Part shown: positions 59,615-64,000 of the stretch, piece by piece
How positions within the stretch are numbered: position 1 is the first letter of the stretch
How the letters are laid out: each line of letters begins with the position of its first letter
From: Phormidium sp.
GTDB lineage: Bacteria; Cyanobacteriota; Cyanobacteriia; Cyanobacteriales; Aerosakkonemataceae
DNA length: 64,000 nt
Direction: 5' to 3'
Assembly (NCBI GenBank): GCA_051013385.1
Contig: CP143273.1
Coordinates: 1,344,001-1,408,000 of the forward strand
Program-made: the position numbers and the translations under genes
The notes under the pieces: generated by a model
Databases searched by the model: none
Seen by the model: the letters and a program-made list of their open reading frames with translations, nothing else
Told to the model about the DNA's origin: nothing

Positions 59615-59861
59615 TGGGGACTGGGGACTGGGGACTGGGGACTGGGGACTGGGGACTGGGGACTGGGGACTGGGGACTGGGGACTGGGGACTGGGGACTG
59701 GGGACTGGGGACAAGGGGACAAGGGGACTCTTTAACTCAAAACTCAAAACTCAAAACTCAAAACTGCCCCCCTGCCCCTCTGCCCCTCTGCCCCTCTGCC
59801 CCCCTGCGCCTCTGCCCCCCTGCGCCTCTGCCCCTCTGCCCCTCTGCCCCTCTGCCCCTCT
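59615..59861. repeat. Stacked STRR blocks: (TGGGGAC)n about 13 copies, (AACTCAA)n, (TGCCCCTC)n
   Basis: Directly visible; the first block is the complement of the STRR1-type CCCCAGT. Confidence 0.95.
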
Positions 59862-59896
59862 GCTACACTGGAATATGACCTTTAGAACAGGGTTTT

Positions 59897-60130
59897 ATGT
59901 ACAAGCGCTCCAAATTTGAGACCAGCCAAACCCAAGTGATGTATCGGGCGGAAGATTTAATTAAAGCAGCTTCCAACCGTTACAGGATTACGGTACAGGT
60001 GGCAAATCGCGCCAAACGTCGCCGTTATGAAGATTTTGAAAATATTGACGATCCAATGATGAAACCTGTAATTCGGGCAATCATTGAAATGTCTGATGAA
60101 TTAACTCAACCAGAAATTATCGGGGAATAG
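59897..60130 (+). CDS. rpoZ: RNA polymerase omega subunit (cyanobacterial/Ycf61 type)
   Basis: [19 protein letters not shown]...[13 protein letters not shown]. Confidence 0.95.
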   Translation: MYKRSKFETSQTQVMYRAEDLIKAASNRYRITVQVANRAKRRRYEDFENIDDPMMKPVIRAIIEMSDELTQPEIIGE

Positions 60131-60205
60131 TGTAATTAGTCATTGGTCTTTTGTCCTTTGTTAGTCAACAATAGCAAATGACCAAGAACCAATGACCAAG
60201 AACCA

Positions 60206-60838
60206 ATGACTAAGAAAGCGAGATTTGCACTTGTAGCCTTAACCATTTTGGGTTTAACGGTTTTGCGATCGCACATCCCATCAATCAACCCAAATTTATT
60301 CTCTCTCCAACCTGTACAAGCGCAAGATGCGCCAAGTCAGAATCCCCAAAGAATCACAGTGGAGAGTGTTTGGCAAAGAGTTTATGATCTGCTGCCAGAT
60401 TTTCCCAAAGAAAATCAATATATCAGCAAAGAAACGGGAAAAGAGGCGACAAGCAATACATTAGTCGGTCGTTTAATTCGATATCATATATTTGTTAAGG
60501 GTCGTCCACCAATTTACCGCTTGGATTGGAAATTGACGATCGCAGATTATTTGGGCGCAAATGATGTAATGTTTGAAGGTGTGTATCCCGGTGGAGATAC
60601 GCTGCGACAAAATCCGATGGATAGCGATCGCGCCGTGATTACTCGCCTGACTCGTTCCCAAAGAGATGCTTTAGTCAACACCCTCGTCAGTCTCTTTAAC
60701 CCCAACGCCGCAGCGGAATCTCAACCCACCCCAAAACCAACTCCCACACCAACCCCCACCCCAAAACCAACTCCCAACCCTAGTAGATCTCTTCCTGCTT
60801 TACCCCAACCCGGAGATGCACAGCAACTCCAACTTTAA
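60206..60838 (+). CDS. Conserved exported hypothetical protein with PT-rich tail
   Basis: Signal-like N-terminus; VY..LPDFPKENQY, RLDWKLTIADYLG. Confidence 0.75.
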   Translation: MTKKARFALVALTILGLTVLRSHIPSINPNLFSLQPVQAQDAPSQNPQRITVESVWQRVYDLLPDFPKENQYISKETGKEATSNTLVGRLIRYHIFVKGRPPIYRLDWKLTIADYLGANDVMFEGVYPGGDTLRQNPMDSDRAVITRLTRSQRDALVNTLVSLFNPNAAAESQPTPKPTPTPTPTPKPTPNPSRSLPALPQPGDAQQLQL

Positions 60839-60840
60839 CC

Positions 60841-61233
60841 ATGACAAATTACAAATTACAAATAACCAATGACAAACTAATTAAAAGCGGTGTAGGTTGG
60901 CGAATAGGTTGGAACCCGAATGCTGAGAAATTTCTGGGTTTGGTGGGTGGGGATGATTGGGCGATCGAACTGACAGAAGCAGAGTTAAACGACTTTTGCC
61001 GCTTGTTAGCCCAATTAGCAGCGACAATGGAACAAATGGCAAGTGAGTTAATGGATGAGGAAAAAATTGCCACCGAAGCCGAAACCGACTTAATTTGGCT
61101 GGAAGTGGAAGGTTATCCCCACTCTTACAGTCTGCATTTGATTGTAAATTGCGATCGGCGTTGCGAAGGCAGCTGGTCAGCTGAAGCAGTTCCCCACTTA
61201 TTGCAAGCAATTCAAATTTTCCAAGTTTTTTAG
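60841..61233 (+). CDS. DUF1818 family protein
   Basis: GWRIGW, LVGG.DWAIELT, LMDEE, EGSW; start uncertain because the first codons are repeat-like. Confidence 0.8.
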   Translation: MTNYKLQITNDKLIKSGVGWRIGWNPNAEKFLGLVGGDDWAIELTEAELNDFCRLLAQLAATMEQMASELMDEEKIATEAETDLIWLEVEGYPHSYSLHLIVNCDRRCEGSWSAEAVPHLLQAIQIFQVF

Positions 61234-61261
61234 TTGCAAATTCTTTTGTTCGTGCTATACT
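61234..61261 (+). promoter_or_regulatory. tRNA promoter
   Basis: TTGCAA, 16 nt, TATACT with extended -10 TG, 18 nt upstream of the tRNA. Confidence 0.6.
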
Positions 61262-61279
61262 AGATAAGCAAAATGAAAT

Positions 61280-61353
61280 CGGGGCGTAGCGCAGCTTGGT
61301 AGCGCACCACTTTGGGGTAGTGGGGGTCGCACGTTCAAATCGTGTCGCTCCGA
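61280..61353 (+). tRNA. tRNA-Pro(GGG), CCA not encoded
   Basis: Acceptor CGGGGCG/CGCTCCG; anticodon arm CCACT-TTGGGGT-AGTGG; T loop GTTCAAATC. Confidence 0.95.
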
Positions 61354-61398
61354 TTGGTAAGAAAATAGCCAGAAACCTTACTGGCTGAAGATATAGAA

Positions 61399-61443
61399 GA
61401 ATTCACTCTGGAGAGCGATCGGCTTTCTGGGGTGAATTTTTTT
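61399..61443 (+). terminator. Intrinsic terminator downstream of the tRNA
   Basis: AATTCACTCTGGAGAGC / GCTTTCTGGGGTGAATT stem followed by a T run. Confidence 0.6.
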
Positions 61444-61461
61444 GGTTTGCATATTGACGAT

Positions 61462-61512
61462 TGACTATCACCTGACTATCTTAAAATGATTTTTGGCTAT
61501 CAGGTGGCTATC
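61462..61512 (+). repeat. Four direct repeats TG(A/G)CTATC in two pairs, integrase arm-site-like
   Basis: Copies start at 61462, 61473, 61494, 61505. Confidence 0.65.
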
Positions 61513-61715
61513 ATTAGATGGCTTAGTAAGGTATTTTTTGATTTTAAAGATAATTTCTATTCAAAACCTTGTTTTTAAGTAGCAGTCAATCAGCCAGTAA
61601 TTTTAGTAAAAGTTCAGTAATTACTCTAATACCCGAATAGTGCTAAAAATGATAAATCTAGAATTAACACTCTTGTGCTTATGAACTCTAACTAGAGTTC
61701 ACAACATAATATAAA

Positions 61716-62888
61716 ATGCCAGTTCCAATTTTTGATAGCGATAACGTCGCAATTGATAATCTAGTACAGCTTGCCAATGCTAATCAGGGTAATCATGCTG
61801 GTGAAGTTCTTTTAGTGCCACCCCAAAATGAAGAACAAGAACTTATAAACGATGCTCCTTTAGAGGAAGAACCTGAGCCACGACTCCTAAATATTGGTCA
61901 ATTAATTACGGTTCGCGCTTTCTCTCAGCCAGCCTCACGTCTGCCTTCAGATGCGGTAATTGCTGTTGATGCTGGTATTGTTAATCTAGGTGAACTGGCT
62001 TTAGGCGGCGTAGCTTTTGCAGTAAGAGGAGCGGCTGTGTGTTATCCGCCAAATAATGGAAAGCCTTTCATTTGCCGATATAACACAGGAGCTTTAGTGA
62101 TAGATGCTCAAAATCAACTTCCCTTATTACATTACATGGGACGTAGATTAGGCAGAGATGATAAATTCGTAGCTATATCTTCCACACCCCCTTACTACTC
62201 GCTCAAGCAAGGTATTGCAGACACTTCCAATCAAATTCGCGATCGTTTCCGTAACTTTGTAGAACGAATGATTCAAGAAGAAGCAATTGCAATACTTGAA
62301 AGCTTTGGAGGAGGAATTTTACTTATAGATGGTGCTTTATCAGGGGAAACCTACGATACACCAGAAGAATACATAAACTCTCTGTTAGCGCATTGCCATC
62401 AACATAGAATTCACGTAACCGCTATTAGTAAGAAAACTCGCATTACAGTAGGCGGAAGAACTATAGCTAATCTTTTTTACGAGCAAGAAGACTTTATTGG
62501 ATATGCTCCTTTAAGACAAATATTACAGCAGGAAAGGCAGGCATCTCTTGCAGATAATCAATCTGTTCGTTCTATAGAGGAACTATCAGTAGCAGACGAA
62601 ATTTATGCAGTTAGATTTAGTTATGCTCCTCCTGGTCTCACATTTCGCACGGACGTAAAGCCTGCATTTGCCTACCTTCCTTCAGACGTAATAGAGCAGG
62701 TGTATAGTCGCTGCCAAATTTATGGAGGCTACCCTCGTCCTTTGATTGAAGCCCACCAATATAGTTCATTTCTGTCCCAAGATAAGCAATTGTTCTTGGT
62801 TGATGTGATTGTTCAACATGGAGTTCGTCCACAAGAAGAGCCATCTATGGACGTTTTATTCCAGCCTTTCGGCGGAGGCTTTAAATAA
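61716..62888 (+). CDS. NurA-like nuclease (RNase H fold)
   Basis: IAVDAG, LLIDGAL, AISK and GYPRPLIEAH match the ordered NurA motifs. Confidence 0.82.
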   Translation: MPVPIFDSDNVAIDNLVQLANANQGNHAGEVLLVPPQNEEQELINDAPLEEEPEPRLLNIGQLITVRAFSQPASRLPSDAVIAVDAGIVNLGELALGGVAFAVRGAAVCYPPNNGKPFICRYNTGALVIDAQNQLPLLHYMGRRLGRDDKFVAISSTPPYYSLKQGIADTSNQIRDRFRNFVERMIQEEAIAILESFGGGILLIDGALSGETYDTPEEYINSLLAHCHQHRIHVTAISKKTRITVGGRTIANLFYEQEDFIGYAPLRQILQQERQASLADNQSVRSIEELSVADEIYAVRFSYAPPGLTFRTDVKPAFAYLPSDVIEQVYSRCQIYGGYPRPLIEAHQYSSFLSQDKQLFLVDVIVQHGVRPQEEPSMDVLFQPFGGGFK

Positions 62889-62896
62889 ACTTTTAA

Positions 62897-63499
62897 ATGG
62901 GAGATGAGTCTATGTCAACATCAACAAATAACTCGGAAAATATACCAACAACTAACCAAGCAAATACACAATCAGTTGTACAGCAAATTCAATCTGTCCA
63001 GCAAGGTTTTCAGGCATCACCTGTAAACACTCAACCAAATTCACAAGTTACACCTGTTACCTCGTCTCTCTCTCCATATCCTGCTATAACGTTTGCACAG
63101 TTATTGGAACTTGAAGGCGGAGAAGGGTCTATAATTTACTACCCCAAACCGCAAGATCCTTTTGATGTGGGAGATGTACTTTACCTCCGTGAACGTAACA
63201 GTGGCGAGAATGGACTTATTGTTCAAGTAGTGGAAAAAAGCACTGCTACTTATGCTCAGGCAGCAAGTAAAGCATTGTTTCGTCTAATGGCTTCGGTGAG
63301 AGCTTATCAACTTCATCGCTCTCACAACGAACCTCCTGAAACTATTGATGAATTTTTATCTCTTAGCTTTAAGGTACGTGCTGATATTGTAAATGGTCGA
63401 TGGATGGCTCATGATGGGCGTGTTGTGACCAGAAATGTAGATATTTTTCAGATCAGCCCTCAAGTTCTTGTTCAAAATGTCGTTGTTACACAGCTATAA
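62897..63499 (+). CDS. Hypothetical protein, probable stand-alone HAS-barrel-like domain with low-complexity N-terminus
   Basis: Q/N/T/S-rich first ~60 aa; beta-rich FDVGDVLYL...LIVQVV...FKVRA; lies between NurA and HerA-like genes. Confidence 0.6.
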   Translation: MGDESMSTSTNNSENIPTTNQANTQSVVQQIQSVQQGFQASPVNTQPNSQVTPVTSSLSPYPAITFAQLLELEGGEGSIIYYPKPQDPFDVGDVLYLRERNSGENGLIVQVVEKSTATYAQAASKALFRLMASVRAYQLHRSHNEPPETIDEFLSLSFKVRADIVNGRWMAHDGRVVTRNVDIFQISPQVLVQNVVVTQL

Positions 63500-63504
63500 T
63501 CAAA

Positions 63505-64000
63505 ATGTCTAGCCTCAACTTGTTCTTAGGAGACTACAAAGATCACCCCATTAAAGTATTTGGTGGTGGCTTCGAGAAGGTCAATGTCATCACTGGTATG
63601 AAAGGTGGTGGAAAAAGCCACATTGCCAAGGGAATAATTTCAGAGGGATTGAAAGCGGGAATGAGTACAGTTGTATTCGATATTAACAACGAATACGATA
63701 AAGTATCTCCTAACGCCATTATATTAAAGCCTGGTGTTAATCTCAAATTCCGGCTTGATTTCATAAAAATGGAAACACTATTTCATCTGTTTGAACGCTT
63801 AGCACCTTTTCCTGAAAAAACTGCCTATTTAGCCTATGCGAAAATACCTAAACTAATAGCAGAGTATACAAAAAATAATCAAAAACTGAAGGAGTCTGGA
63901 AAAGAACCGAATATTCCGGATCTTGAATACCTTATGAAAGTAGCTAACCAAGTTATAGAAGGTAATGAAAAAAGTGAAGCGATAAGTGCTATGAAGCAAG
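63505..64000 (+). CDS. HerA/FtsK-superfamily ATPase (DUF87-like), partial (3' end off window)
   Basis: Hand translation open from ATG 63505 to the window end: VITGMKGGGKSH Walker A and VVFDINNEY (HerA D..GEY-like). Confidence 0.82.
   Translation, partial: MSSLNLFLGDYKDHPIKVFGGGFEKVNVITGMKGGGKSHIAKGIISEGLKAGMSTVVFDINNEYDKVSPNAIILKPGVNLKFRLDFIKMETLFHLFERLAPFPEKTAYLAYAKIPKLIAEYTKNNQKLKESGKEPNIPDLEYLMKVANQVIEGNEKSEAISAMKQ

Noticed and set aside
59614..59919. 101 aa [16 protein letters not shown]...
   Set aside because: Translation of tandem repeats, open only because the repeats lack stops.
63543..63764. 73 aa minus-strand ORF
   Set aside because: Antisense to the HerA-like ATPase, which has clear motifs on the plus strand.

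Overview
Chromosomal window from a cyanobacterium, probably filamentous: the HIP1 octamer GCGATCGC is frequent (about 50 copies counted by eye), STRR-type tandem repeats and small palindromic dispersed elements are abundant, and it carries por and a cyanobacterial-type rpoZ. Main contents, left to right: (1) a peroxiredoxin-glutaredoxin hybrid and an LRAT/PspA-like fusion; (2) a co-directional minus-strand run of an ethylene-receptor/cyanobacteriochrome hybrid kinase, REC-GGDEF-EAL protein, sigma-like protein, DUF1822 protein and CHAT-NACHT-membrane protein; (3) MnmC-type methyltransferase, HD-GYP regulator and glmU; (4) a 16.4 kb NRPS-independent, schizokinen-type siderophore cluster with TonB receptor and FhuCDB, preceded by a perfect Fur-like palindrome; (5) isoaspartyl peptidase, TrmJ-family and PBP-A-like genes; (6) an IS607 tnpA/tnpB element whose junctions can be read and which cuts 33 codons off a cNMP-AAA-FeS membrane gene; (7) a heterodimeric ABC exporter, a permease-histidine kinase fusion, por, Uma2, a GDSL hydrolase with a 27 bp in-frame mini-insertion, rpoZ and tRNA-Pro(GGG). 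Just after the tRNA are integrase-arm-like repeats and a NurA-like nuclease, a HAS-barrel-like gene and a HerA-like ATPase that runs off the window. This probable island is the best candidate for an undescribed system. No CRISPR array or rRNA was seen. All family calls come from motif recognition by eye; no database searches were run.
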